A DNA stretch of 64,000 nt from the human T2T-CHM13v2.0 reference genome, Homo sapiens, in NCBI RefSeq assembly GCF_009914755.1, contig NC_060929.1. One strand, given 5' to 3'. Position numbers and translations under genes: made by a program. The notes below the pieces were generated by a model that worked only from the letters and a program-made list of their open reading frames with translations, was not told the DNA's origin and ran no database searches. Below are positions 43,679 through 55,047 of the stretch, piece by piece. Position 1 is the first letter of the stretch. The number at the start of each line of letters is the position of its first letter.

Positions 43679-44537
43679 GGATCTTCTTGGTGGGGACCGA
43701 GGCATATTGAAAGTACTTTTGTGTGTGTCATGTCTGGGGGTGTCATTGTTATGAGGTTTACATTGTTGCGTTTCCCATCCATTATGTATAAGAGACAATA
43801 AATTCTCCCAATTCAGGGAATGCCACATCTAGGCATGTAAAGAGATGATCTCCGTCCCCTCCAGGCTGGTCGAGCAGAATCAGTTCCCAGGCCCAGTCAT
43901 TTAAAAGCAACTGTAGATGGAGGGCCCCATGGAGCCAAAGGTTTTGCTTCAGAAAGTGGAGTGAGGGGCCAAGTTTCCCCAAAGATGTCAACTGACACTT
44001 TTTTATGTAAAACTGAGATGACGCTAGGGCCACAATATAGTGTGCTCTTGAATACAGCATTTCCATTTTCCAGAGAGGATCACGGGGCCCTTTCTTTGTT
44101 AGTTGTTGAATAGGAATTGACTCGTGACTAAATGGGCTCTGTGAGTCAGGAATTCAGTGTTAGGAAAGCCGCTGACCAGCGGCCCTTTTTGGTTTGTTTT
44201 TAACATTGTGCACTTGGGGGCAGAGTCCGGCAGGTGGCGCTACTCAGCTGGGAAATGGTTTCTCTGAGTTTGGGCAGCAGTTAGTTTTTTTAACTAGAGC
44301 TGAGTTCTTTCTTCTACCTGGATTCTGTGTTGTTTCTGCTGGACCAATCCGGAGGGGACAGAGATTGCTTCTCTACATGCTTAGATGTGGCATTCCTTGA
44401 ATTGAAAGAATTTATTGTCTCTTACACATAATGGATGGGAAATACAACAATGTAAAAGTGTAACAATGTAACAATGACACCCCCAGCAATGACATACACT
44501 AAAGTACTAATGTTCCCCGGTCCCCATCAAGAAGACC
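43679..44537. repeat. ~200-bp inverted repeat (arms 43679-43879 and 44334-44537, 454-bp spacer, ~85% identity)
   Basis: Reverse complement of the left arm aligns to the right arm, e.g. 'tagatgtggcattcc.tgaattg..agaatttattgtctctta.acataatggatgggaaa'. Confidence 0.95.
44209..44242 (+). promoter_or_regulatory. Predicted CTCF site (core plus upstream motif)
   Basis: Core CCGGCAGGTGGCGCTA at 44227-44242; TGCAC starts 18 bp upstream of the core CC. Confidence 0.65.
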
Positions 44538-44993
44538 ATTTTGACTTCTCTTCACTAGTAAAAATTGTATTAATTGAATTTGGTAACATTTGCCCCCAAA
44601 ATTTGAACACTGACCAAGTTGTTTAACATATGCATGAATTGACTCTGCAGCAACATGTTATCCCATGGCCAGGATGCTGAGCAGTGCAGGAAGAAGGATG
44701 TCAAAGGCCTGAGAGAAATAATGGGAAGGAAACATTTTTTTCCCCTCTTTGGCCTTTTATCTCTGCTTTCACAGACTACTGCAGCGTTGTTCTGCAGTCC
44801 TCAATGCTTTTGCTAGTCTGTTCCTAACATTCTCTTTTCTCCTGAGACCTGGTAGGAAGGTGAATACATAACCTGAATCCAAGAGACACATAAAAGTTGG
44901 AATCCCTGCCTTTTCAAAGTTCCCATACATATAACCAGAGGGTGCCTATGGCTCTCAGTGTTCTTTAGGGACAGGGAGATCTTGGCTACTGAT

Positions 44994-45381
44994 TGTTGAA
45001 AGGAAAACTTAAGATAAATTCAATTTAATGGAATTTAATTGAGCAAAGTACGATTCACAAATCCAGTAGCCAGAATAGGCTCAGCATGACTCTGGGGCTG
45101 TCAAGTGGTCAGATAATATTTATGGACAGAAAAAGAAAAGTGACATACAGAAAAGGGAAGAGAGGTGCAGAAAACAGCTGGATTTGGTTACAGCTCTGAA
45201 TTTGCCTTATCTGAACACAGTTTATACAGTTAGCCAGTCTGTGATTGCCTGAAACTGATTGGTACAAGAGTAGATTACAGTCTGCTTACACATCCTATTA
45301 GGTTACAGTTTTCTATGTAGAAAGAAACCTTTAGTCTGAACTTAAAGTATGTAAGGAGGCAGCTTCAGGCTAATCTTAACA
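44994..45381 (-). mobile_element. MER57-type solo LTR (ERV1)
   Basis: 'tttaattgagcaaag...tttatggacagaaaaagaaaagtgac...gaacttaaagtatgtaaggaggcagctt'. Confidence 0.85.
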
Positions 45382-45789
45382 TGCCTAATCTCCTTTCTTT
45401 TTAAAGCAGCTGAGATCCATGCAGAGGAAAGGGAGCGATCAGAGGGTACCGAGGGAGAGAGTGACTTCATGCTACAGCAAGCTGGCTTTGTGTTTACTCT
45501 CTTTAAGAATAGCTGCCCACTTAATTTCCACCAGAGGAGCTTCTAATGTTTGCTCAATCAAAGGTCTATGTTGAATAGCAAATAGCATGTTTCTCATTTT
45601 TGATACTCTTTATTCAGTTTTGGGGACTTCTTGGCTTCGAAGCCGCATCTGTCTTGCCTTTCCGCAGGGGCTGCTGGGCTTCCTGCCCCTTGTCATAGTA
45701 GCATCCCTTTCTTGTCCTCCCCCCAAGGAGAGTGAGTCACAAGGTGTGCTTGTTGAAATTCTACCTCTAACTATTCACGTTCATTAACA

Positions 45790-46440
45790 GGAAAGTGCAT
45801 GGAAGTGCACTGACGTGTTGTGAAATGCTACGAAGAAAAATAAAGCAGAAATTCCTAGGTGTTGATGGATGGAATTGCATTTTAAATAGGTGGTAGAATG
45901 AACATCGTGGAAAAGATGATATTTAAACTTGAAAGATGTTAGAAAGCAAGCCACATAAATATCCTGGGAAAGAACCTTCCAGGAAGAGGGAACAGCAAGT
46001 GGAGACTCTCTGAGGGAAAAGCACGCCATGTTTGCCAGGACCGCAGATGGTTATTGTGGATTAAATTAGCCAAAGGGTAGGATTTGAGATCGGAGAAGTA
46101 GTGGTGGTCCAGATTCGGGCGGATCCTGTGGCCCACACTAAGTGCTTTACTTCAATCTAAGTGAAAAGGAGAGATAATGGAAGTTTCTGAAATGGCAATT
46201 TGACTTATGTTTTAAAAAAACAAATTGGGCGACTGCATTGAGAGTAGTATATGAACAAGTAAGGGAAGGGATAGAGAGTTCATTTGAAGAGCACTGCAGC
46301 AATCCTGTTGAGAAAAGACAATGGCTTACAGTAAAGTAGTGATAAGGGAAGACCTAAGAAATCACTGGATTTCATATCTGTTTTGAAAATGAAGGTGGCA
46401 ATATTTGTTGCTTACTTAGATAGGTAAAAGTCGAGAATGA
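45790..46440 (-). mobile_element. L2 fragment
   Basis: 'gggaaagaaccttccaggaagagggaacagcaagtg', 'tttgacttatgttttaaaa'. Confidence 0.8.
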
Positions 46441-48506
46441 ATGTATTTTGCTACAATCTTTAAGAATGACAAGGTTTAGTAGTAACAATATCTATTTGAA
46501 TGTTCTTTTTATTCTTTCTCTTGATAGCCTTTTTGTTCTTCCTTTTAATCCAGATAGCTATATGCAAGCATTTCCTAATTTATATACTTTTATTGGTCTG
46601 TCAAAATCAGGCTTGAGTAAGTTATCTCACCAAACATATTTTCAATATTTGACAACGGAGCCAGCCATTATTAATGTACTGTGAATTTCTCAATTAATAA
46701 CCTGCTTCAGCATTTAGTTAATTTTTGTTTGTTTACACAGTCATTCCCAAGCATTAATTTCTTATTTGCTGAATCACGATAACAAATAACATATAAAATC
46801 AACTGTATAATTTGACACTCTATTTCCTTTACCTTTAATAAAAAATATATACATTCATTTGTGGTTTTATTAATACTGAAAATACATAGAGAAACAGGCA
46901 CCTTTTCTTTTAGTTAATTCCAACCTTTACATAAGTCGACAGAAGAAATTCCGAACTAAAATTTCTAAGATAGTAATTTTTTGAGGGGGTTGTAAATTTA
47001 TTGTCAGCTATTTTTACTGATATATTTTCATTGTCTCCTAATCAATTTTTAATTATATTTTAAATTTTATAATATTAGATAAGTGAGCTTTCACTTTCAA
47101 AGTAAGTAACTTAAAAATGGCATTTTTTTGAGAACATGTAATAAGTTTTATTGTGATAGGAAAATATAAATAATGATTTGTTTGTTTTGAAACTTCAGAT
47201 TGGATTGTATTTTGTATAATATGGAATATTTGATTAAGCCATACCCTTGGTGAAATTTATACCTGATGTGGCTGCTCTATTTTGAAGGGAAACAGCTGTT
47301 TTTCTAATGTTTCTGTGGTTTTATGAACACGATGTTTCCCTTATGAGACAAAGTGGATTCAAATTAGCTCTCAACTCCCTCCAGGAGCAAGTTGCGCAAA
47401 TGTTTTGTAACTTACTATTGCTTGGTAAACGTTAGATTGCAGATTATCCTAGGTGCAATGCCTAGGGCTCCTTAAGTGCCGTCATTTACTTGTTTATTTT
47501 CTTCTCAGGCTAGGGAATTACTTTATGAACTCAGAGTCATAAAAGAGAGCAACCAAGTGGGAAGAAAGACATTTGGTATAATACTTCATTGACTGAAAAG
47601 GAAATTGGATTTTACCTATTGCAAAGGAGGTCACAAATTTTATTGTTAAATGGGCTAAAGTGTACTTATTTAATAAGATGTGGGCTTAAAATGGAAGACT
47701 TCTTTAATCTCAGGCCTCCAGCAAATACACAATAATTTATATTTTTTCACAGAATTTTCACATTTGGTAACCTTAAACTTTTATGGTAACTTTGATCGAT
47801 TGTTTTCCATAATTGTTTTTGACCTTGCTATAATGGATAAAGCATACTTGTTTAAACACAAAAATCCTTATGTGGGAAGTAGAGTTATTTATATTTGACA
47901 TAAGTTTCTGGAAGTGATTTACAAGGCAGCTGAAATGTATTAAGCTAATGTTGAAAGAAGAAAGTAGTTAAATATATGTGCAGAGTGCTTATGCTGGCAA
48001 GAATTCCAATCCAGTCTTGGCCTGAATTGCTTTAAGAATCATTGTTTATGTTTTAGGGGAACTACATGCAAAATAGAGAAAACGAAGCAAACAAATGTAG
48101 AATTATGTAATATACTAGGCTGTAGGCATTCTAAATCCACACCCCCAAATAAAATGAAATAATGTTGTCTGAATATCATACCTGTTGCTTTGGTGTGGGC
48201 CACAGGATCCTCCCAAATCTGGACCAATAGATGTCTTATTGCATATGAATTGTCTATGTATTATAGTATACATATATCATAATCCTTTTTATAATTTACT
48301 CTAAGTTTTCTGAGACTGTGTTGAAAGATATAGGACAAAAAAAGATTTACTGGGACAATGTGAATAATGGAAATTTCTGTTAACTAATGAGATGAATGTC
48401 TACACAAAAAAAACGAAAAACGTAGCACACTTTGAATGAATAACAATGCCTAGTTCTTTCTGTCATCATAAAGCATGATAAATATTAGTTTTCTTTTCTC
48501 TTTCAG

Positions 48507-48578
48507 GAAAATGAGAGGAAGAACTATGAGTGAAGAAATAAACACGTTGAAGCTGTAAACTTCCAAACCAAAAGCATG
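48507..48578 (+). other. Candidate 72-nt non-coding internal exon
   Basis: Acceptor ttttcttttctctttcag| and donor atg|gtgagt; stops in all three frames. Confidence 0.5.
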
Positions 48579-48639
48579 GTGAGTGATGTTTTTCATAATG
48601 ATCCTTGCATGTTTAATCATATACTGTTATTTGTCCCAT

Positions 48640-50077
48640 TGTGTCTGGAATTGGTGGGTTCTTGGTCTCACTGACTTCAAGAATGAAGCCACGGACCCTC
48701 GTGGTGAGTGTTACAGCTCTTAAGGTGGTGCGTCTGGAGATTGTTGCTTTCTGACGTTCGGATGTGTTCGGAGTTTCTTCCTTCTGGTGGGTTCGTAATC
48801 TCACTGGCTCAGGAGTGAAACTGCAGACCTTCGCGGTGAGTGTTACAGCTCTTAAGGCGGCGGGTCTGGAGTTGTCCCTTCCTCCCGGTGGGCTCGTGGT
48901 CTCGCTGGCTTCAGGAGTGAAGCTGCAGACCTTCGCGGTGACTCTTACAGCTCATGAAAGCAATGCTGACCCAAACAGTGAGCAGTAGCAAGATTTATTG
49001 CAAAGAGCCAAAGAACAAAGCTTCTACATCGTGGATGGGGACCCTAACGGGTTGCAACTGCTGGCTCGGGCAGCCTGCTTTTATTCTCTTATCTGGCCCC
49101 ACCCACATCCTGCTGATTGGTAGAGCCCAGCGGTCTGTTTTGACAGGGCGCTGATTGGTGCGTTTACAATCCCTGAGCTAGACATAAAGGTTCTCCACAT
49201 CCCCACCAGATTAGCTAGATACAGAGTGTCCACACAAAGGTTCTCCAAGGCCCCACCAGAATAGCTAGATACAGAGTGTCGATTGGTGCATTCACAAACC
49301 CTGAGCTAGACAGAGGGTGCTGATTGGTGTATTTACAAACCTTGAGCTAGATACAGAGTGCCCATTGGTGTATTTACAATCCCTGAGCTAGACATAAAGG
49401 TTCTCCAAGGCCCCACCAGACTCAGGAGCCCAGCTGGCTTCACCTGGTGGATCCCGCACGGGGCTGCAGGTGGAGCTGCCTGCCAGTCTCGCGCAGTGCG
49501 CCCGCACTCCTCAGCCCTTGGGTGGTCGATGGGACTGGGCGCCTTGGAGCAGGGGGCGGCGCTCATCGGGGAGGCTCGGGCCCGGCCGCACAGGAGCCCA
49601 TGGAGGGGGTGGGAGGCTCAGGCATGGCGGGCTGCAGGTCCCAAGCCCTGCCCGGCGGGAAGGCAGCTAAGGCCTGGTGAGAAATCAAGTGCAGCGCCGG
49701 TGGGCTGGCACTGCTGGGGGACCCAGTACACCCTCCGCAGCCGCTGGCCCGGGTGCTAAGCCCATCATTGCCCGGGGCCGGCAGGGCCGGCCGGCTGCTC
49801 CGAGTGCGGGGCCGGCCAAGCCCACGCCCACCGGAACTCCAGCTGGCCCGCAAGCACCGCGCGCAGCCCCGGTTCCCGCTCGCGCCTCTCCCTCCACACC
49901 TCCCTGCAAGCTGAGGGAGCTGGCTCCGGCCTTGGCCAGTCCAGAAAGGGGCTCCCACAATGCAGCGGTGGGCTGAGGGGCTCCTCAAGTGCCGCCAAAG
50001 TGGGAGTCCAGGCAGAGGAGGCGCCCAGAGCGAGCTAGCGAGGGCTGTGAGGACTGCCAGCACGCTGTCACCTCTCA
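48640..50077 (-). mobile_element. Full-length solo LTR12C (ERV9 LTR)
   Basis: Minus strand starts TGAGAGGTGACAGCGTGCTGGCAG and ends CCAGACACA; GC/CpG-rich U3; tandem 'gctagatacagagtg..gattggtg' units; U5 repeats; 4-bp TSD CCAT at 48636-39 and 50078-81. Confidence 0.97.
49040..49420 (-). promoter_or_regulatory. LTR12C enhancer/promoter: multiple CCAAT (NF-Y) boxes and AATAAAA TATA-like box, directed leftward
   Basis: ATTGG at about 49116, 49154, 49282, 49324 and 49364; 'gcttttattc' at ~49077-49086; established ERV9 LTR architecture. Confidence 0.75.
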
Positions 50078-51554
50078 CCATGAGGTCTGTATAATTGAAG
50101 GTTGCCTAGATTGCATTTTTCACATTGTAGTTTTAACCTGTGAGTTTCAAATCACGTGGGTCTTCCTTTATTTCAATGATTACATTACAATTTCCAGGAC
50201 CTCCCAAGCCTGGGAAGTCAGATTAACACATTCCCTGTTCTTGATGTTCTTTGCACCCTATTTGAGCTTGTAAATTTTCCAGGCAATGTGGAAACTCTTG
50301 GAAGACAATTTACTTAACAGCTGCTTCTGTCAAAACCCATCCTGCGGCTTGTTTGCCTACTGTCTTGTGGGTTCTAATTGTTCTCTGCTGCTACAGCTGC
50401 TGTCCCAGTCCCCTGGTAAAGCCACTGTCTCTTTACCTCCCATACCTAAAACAGCATATCCATAACACACAGCTGTTGAGTATGGCGGGTTTTAATGAAA
50501 ATTCATAATTACACAGACGTAGTTCTGCACAGAGTAGCAAAGGGCATGACTCAAAATTGGAAGTCCTATCTTAGAATTCTGTCTGGTGCTCCTTGACACA
50601 GGGGGTTTCTCATGGGGGATATGGTGCTTATTTCCTGCCATAACCTTGCTGGATTCTCTCTCTACCCAAAACTCAGTTCTCTAAATTCCCTCTGGTTCAG
50701 TGCCCTGAAACTCTATTCTTTGATGCCAACTTTTGGGAAACTCTAATTTCCTATAAATTTATTTGTTTAAAGCTTTCCCACTTACACAATACTTGCCTAT
50801 TTTTTATCAAAAAGCACTTGTCTTACTAAGAGTAATGTTGTCTTCCTACACATATCAAGTGAGTTAATATATTTTTCTGTTCTACATATTTATGGATTCA
50901 TAATTTAATATATTTTTAAAAATCAAATCATAGAGCTGACAAGCACAAGATACTTGGTTACAAATAAAAGAGAACTATAAAATGTACAAAAATATCTTTA
51001 GGCAAACATTTGTAAAAACATCTATAGCAATACCTGTTAGTTGACATTCAGAAGTATAGGTAAAATAAAATATTTTGTATATCTACTTAGCTAGTTACAC
51101 TTTTTGTTTCTATCAGCCATAGCATTCTTTAAGGTAAACAAAATTGTCAGGTTTATAGTTACAGTAATTTTTCGATGTTATATTTTTCATGAGTCTAGAT
51201 ATCAACATCAATTGTTAATTTTTTTTTTAAATCAGACAAGCTGTATTTAATTCACAAAATGACACTAAGCAGTGCATAGCAATTTTTTTTTAGGGGGATG
51301 AGACTTTTAATTTTTCCCCTCTTGCCTCCAGGCCAAAAATTCTTGGAAGGCATATCCCCACCTACAAATTTATTTAAGTTCTCTCCATATCCTGGATAAC
51401 AACCACTTCAGAATAGATCAAGTACAGTATGTCTCTGCATGGTGTAAGAGGGCTTATAATGGAGAAAGACCACAATGGCTAAATCCCAATGTATATTACA
51501 TATTTTTAAATGACTTTATTGATTGAGTTGGGGGTACAGCCACCACCAATGGTA

Positions 51555-51760
51555 TTTTTTAATAGACTGTTTTAGATTTACAGAAAAGTGAGAAGACAGC
51601 ACAGAGATTTCCCACATACCTCATATCCAGTTTATCCTATCAGTACCATTCCCATTAGTATAGCAAATATGTTAAAGTTAACAAATATTGATACATTCAC
51701 GTTAACTGAAGTCCATTCTTTATTGAGATTTCTACTTCCCATATTACTTTTTCTCCCTAT
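51555..51760 (-). mobile_element. L1MC-type 3' end
   Basis: 'tttagatttacagaaaag..gaagacagcacagagatttcccacatacc...aatattgatacatt'. Confidence 0.75.
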
Positions 51761-51843
51761 GTAAAATACATCTGGTTTTCCAAGAAGTGAAACAGATTTA
51801 GATGATAATAATGCCAGTAATTTCTAAATATGAAGTTGCCAAT

Positions 51844-52236
51844 TGCTATTGTTTGGATATTTGTCCCCTGAATCACAGGTTGAAGTGTAATCCCTGATGT
51901 TGGAGGTGGCGCCTGGTGGGAGGTGTTTGGGTCATGGGAGTGGGTCCTTCGTGGCTTGGCGCTGTCCTTGCGATAGTGAGTTCTGGTCATTTGAAACCGT
52001 GTAGCACCTCCTGCTCACTCTCTCTCTTGCGCTCACTCATGCCTTGTGAGGTTGGGCTCTCCCTTTACCTTCAGCTCTGATTTTACGCTTCCTGTGTCCT
52101 CGCCGGAAGCCAAGCAGATACTGGTGCCATGTTTCCTGTAGAGCCTGCAGAACCATGAGCCAATTAAACCTCTTTTCTTTATAAATTATCCAGCTTTGGA
52201 TATTTCTTTATAGCAATGCAAGAATGGCCTAACACA
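51844..52236 (+). mobile_element. MSTA/MSTB solo LTR
   Basis: 'tgctattgtttggatatttgtcccc...gcaagaatggcctaacaca'; TSD ccaat/caaat. Confidence 0.92.
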
Positions 52237-52373
52237 CAAATATTTTGTTTTTTTTTGTTTTTCCTGTGAAGTCAAAATTTTTTACCCTTAAGGATTGCTC
52301 TCAGAAGTGTTGTGCTATTATGGAAACATAATATAAAATCAATGTTTTATCTTTAAATGCGATTTTAAAATTG

Positions 52374-52610
52374 CAGTCGCTCATGCCGGGGATTGGTTCC
52401 GGGAATGCCCACAGATACAAAAATCTGAGCATACTCAGGTTCCACAGGACTCACTGCGGGGTCCCCTGAAGGGATAAAACGTCAGTTCTTTGTATATGTG
52501 GGCTTTATATCCTACCAAGATTGTATTTTCGATTTTCAGTTTGGTTGAAAACAATCTTCCTGTAAGTGGACTTAAGTATTTCAAATTTGTGTTGTTCAAG
52601 GGTCAACTGT
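52374..52610 (+). mobile_element. MER8 (Tigger-family MITE)
   Basis: 'ggggattggttcc...gcatactc...ttggttgaaaa...gtgttgttcaagggtcaactg'. Confidence 0.85.
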
Positions 52611-52950
52611 ACAGAAACCAAAACAAACAACAACAAAAACCCTTTTAGAACCTGAAAGAAAGATAAAAAATATAAAGGGCTTCTTGAGATCTGCTACTAA
52701 ATTTATTTTTAATTTTGACAAAAAGTTATTTTAAAGCAATTGTACCCATCAAAAAATGACCACTCCAAAAAAATGTTATTGTAAAGGATGCTGTTTTCTT
52801 CCTCTTAAAACTATCAGATGAAACATTGAGTCTAATTTAAGTAAAAATATTTAATTGTGAAAAATACCTATAATAGCTAATTTTTAACAGTATATTTGGA
52901 ATTCCGTAAGTTTTCATTTCTTTTCTGAAACCATAACAGAAGTTATTATA

Positions 52951-53290
52951 TGCTATGTACTGAATGAGTGTGTCCTCCAAAAATTCATATATTGAAGCCT
53001 TAATTTCAAATATGTTGGTATTTCAAAATGTAGCCTTCAGTAGGTAATAAGTTTCTGAGGCTGGAGCTCTCATGAAGGGGAATAATGCCCTTATGAAAAA
53101 AAGAGGTGAGAGATAATCTCTTTCTTCACCATGTGAGGATACAAGAAGGCATCTGTCTGCAAACCAGGACAAGAGCCAGGAAGAAAATCGTCTGGCATCT
53201 TGATCTTCACATTTTCCAGAACTGTGAAAAATAGTCTTGTTTTAAGTCACCCAGTCTGTAGTATTTGGTATAGCAGCCATAACTAAGACA
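52951..53290 (+). mobile_element. MLT1A-type solo LTR
   Basis: 'tgctatgtactgaatg...ccatgtgaggatacaagaagg...tagcagccataactaagaca'. Confidence 0.88.
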
Positions 53291-53369
53291 TTGTAAAAAA
53301 AAAAAAAAAAAGTACAGTGTGAGACACTGTGTAAAAAAAAAGTGTAAAACACTGTGGGAAAAAGATGTT

Positions 53370-53766
53370 TTTCTTTCTTTCTTTCTTTCTTTTTTTTTTT
53401 TTTTTTTAACACTTTCAACTTCAAGTTCTGGGAGTACACATCCAGGTTTGTGACATGGGCATATTGCGTGATGCTGAGGTTTGGGGTATGATTGATCCAG
53501 CCCCCAGGTACTGAGCGTAGTATTCAATAGTTAGTTTTTCTACCTGTACACCCCTCCTCTGCCCTCTAGTCATCTCCAGTGTCTATTGTTGCCATCTCCA
53601 TGTCCGTGAGTGCATGTTGTTTAGCCCCCACTTATAAGTGAGAATATGCAGCATTTGGTTTTCTGTTCCTGTGTTAATTTGCTTAGGCTAGTGGCCTCCA
53701 GCTATGTCCATGTGTTGGTTCATAGGGCAAAATTTCATTCTTTTTTATGGCTGCATAGTATTCCAT

Positions 53767-53799
<33 letters not shown>

Positions 53800-54200
53800 A
53801 TCACATTTTCTTTATTCAATCCACCATTGATGGAAACCTAAGTTGATTCCACGGCTTTGCTATTGTGAACAGTGCTACAAAGAACATACGCATGCATGTG
53901 TCTTTTAGTAGAATGATTTATATTTCTTTGGGTATATGCCCAGTAATGAGATTGCTGGGTTGAATGGTACTTGTGTTTTAAGTTCTCTGAGAAATCTTCA
54001 AACTGCTTTCCGCAGTGACTGAACTAATTTACATTCCCACCAGCAGTGTCTCAAGTGTCCCCTTTTCTCTGCAGCCTTGCCAACATGTGTTGTGTTTTGA
54101 CTTTTTAATTGGAGCTGTTCTGACTGGTGTGAGGTGGTGTCTCATTGTAGTTTCTATTTACATTTTGCTGATGATTAGTGATGTTAAGCATTTTTTTCTC
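53370..54200 (-). mobile_element. Older L1PA 3' end with internal (TG)n
   Basis: 'gggcatattgcgtgatgctgaggtttgggg...gccccaggtactgagc...agtgagaatatgcagcatttgg'. Confidence 0.92.
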
Positions 54201-54843
54201 AGAAAACAATATTATTTCTGAAATAGTACTTTTTTTCATCCATTAGAAATGTGACAAAATGTGAGACAATTTTTTGTCACCAGATTTTTTTTTTACACTC
54301 AAGGGGGAAAGGTTGTAGCCTCAAATGAGTATTTTTGAAAGTAAAATAGACACAATGCTGTGAGGTGTTGGGCCAGCTGTTTTTTCCAATGTAATTAGAA
54401 TTTGACCTTTTAAAGCTCTCTCACTAAAGAAAGTGAGTGAATGTTGAATGTGATCAACTTCATATTGTTAAACAGTCATAAGCCTACTGATCAAGGAAGA
54501 TATATGTCTTATAGTTGAATATATTATTTCACAAAATTATGATATGCTTGGACTTACATATTTCACTCTGCATTTATAATTTCAGCCTATTAAAATGGTA
54601 AAAAAGAATAAAGGCACATTTCAGGGGGAATAAAAGAAGACAAGTTCCTGGATTAAGAATAATGTCATGTCCCTTTCTTGTAAGTGAGGTAGTTTTCTCA
54701 CTGTTGATAGATACTAGTACCATTTAACATTATGAGCTTGCTTGCTACTGTTATTATTTAAGGCACAAAATGATACTTTAAAAACTAGAAATGTAGAAGA
54801 CATATTTATGTAGTGTTTGTTATCATTTAATATAGTTCCCTTA

Positions 54844-55047
54844 AACAACATACACTGGGACCTGTTGGAGGGTGGAGAGTGAGAGGAGCAAGAGGATCAG
54901 GAAATATAACTAATGGGTATCAGGCTTAATACCTGGGTGATGAAATAATCTGTACAATAAACCCCCATGACACAAGTTTACTTATATAACAAACCTGTAC
55001 ATGCATCCCTGAATTTCAAATAAAAGTTAAAAATAAAATAAAATAAA
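54844..55047 (+). mobile_element. Short L1PA 3' end with TSD
   Basis: 'acactgggacctg...aacaataaacccccatgacacaagtttac'; TSD atagttccctta at 54832-54843 and 55048-55059. Confidence 0.92.

Larger units (their letters stand above)
41290..44333 (-). mobile_element. Decayed, internally deleted class-III (ERVL-type) provirus: pol (tether, RNase H, integrase) plus a putative 3'/env-like region; no LTR recognised
   Basis: Minus-strand translation gives 'RHLPDSA', 'TEFLT', 'KWKCCIQEH', 'PLAPWGP', 'DWAW..TD|GS', 'AAIQPQ', 'AQRDEL', 'SHIHHQ...TCGSC...RGHIAW', 'DYI', 'NQGIWWTCHMPY.P'; the 41290-42130 part is less certain. Confidence 0.78.

Noticed and set aside
41959-43724. 15-bp exact match aaagtacttttgtgt at 41959-41973 and 43710-43724
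   Set aside because: Short, AT-rich and does not extend; compatible with chance
44168-44190. GC hairpin followed by a T-run, like an intrinsic terminator
   Set aside because: Eukaryotic context and a 2-nt loop; noted only as CpG retention near the CTCF motif
48690-49420. Spaced direct repeats that superficially resemble a CRISPR array
   Set aside because: Known U5 and U3 tandem subrepeats of LTR12; primate DNA; no cas genes
49333-50273. Dense overlapping GC-rich ORFs resembling a CpG-island gene start
   Set aside because: Almost entirely within LTR12C U3; open frames reflect GC content
37815-52236. Two MST LTRs as possible ends of one provirus
   Set aside because: Opposite orientation, separate TSDs and no internal sequence between them
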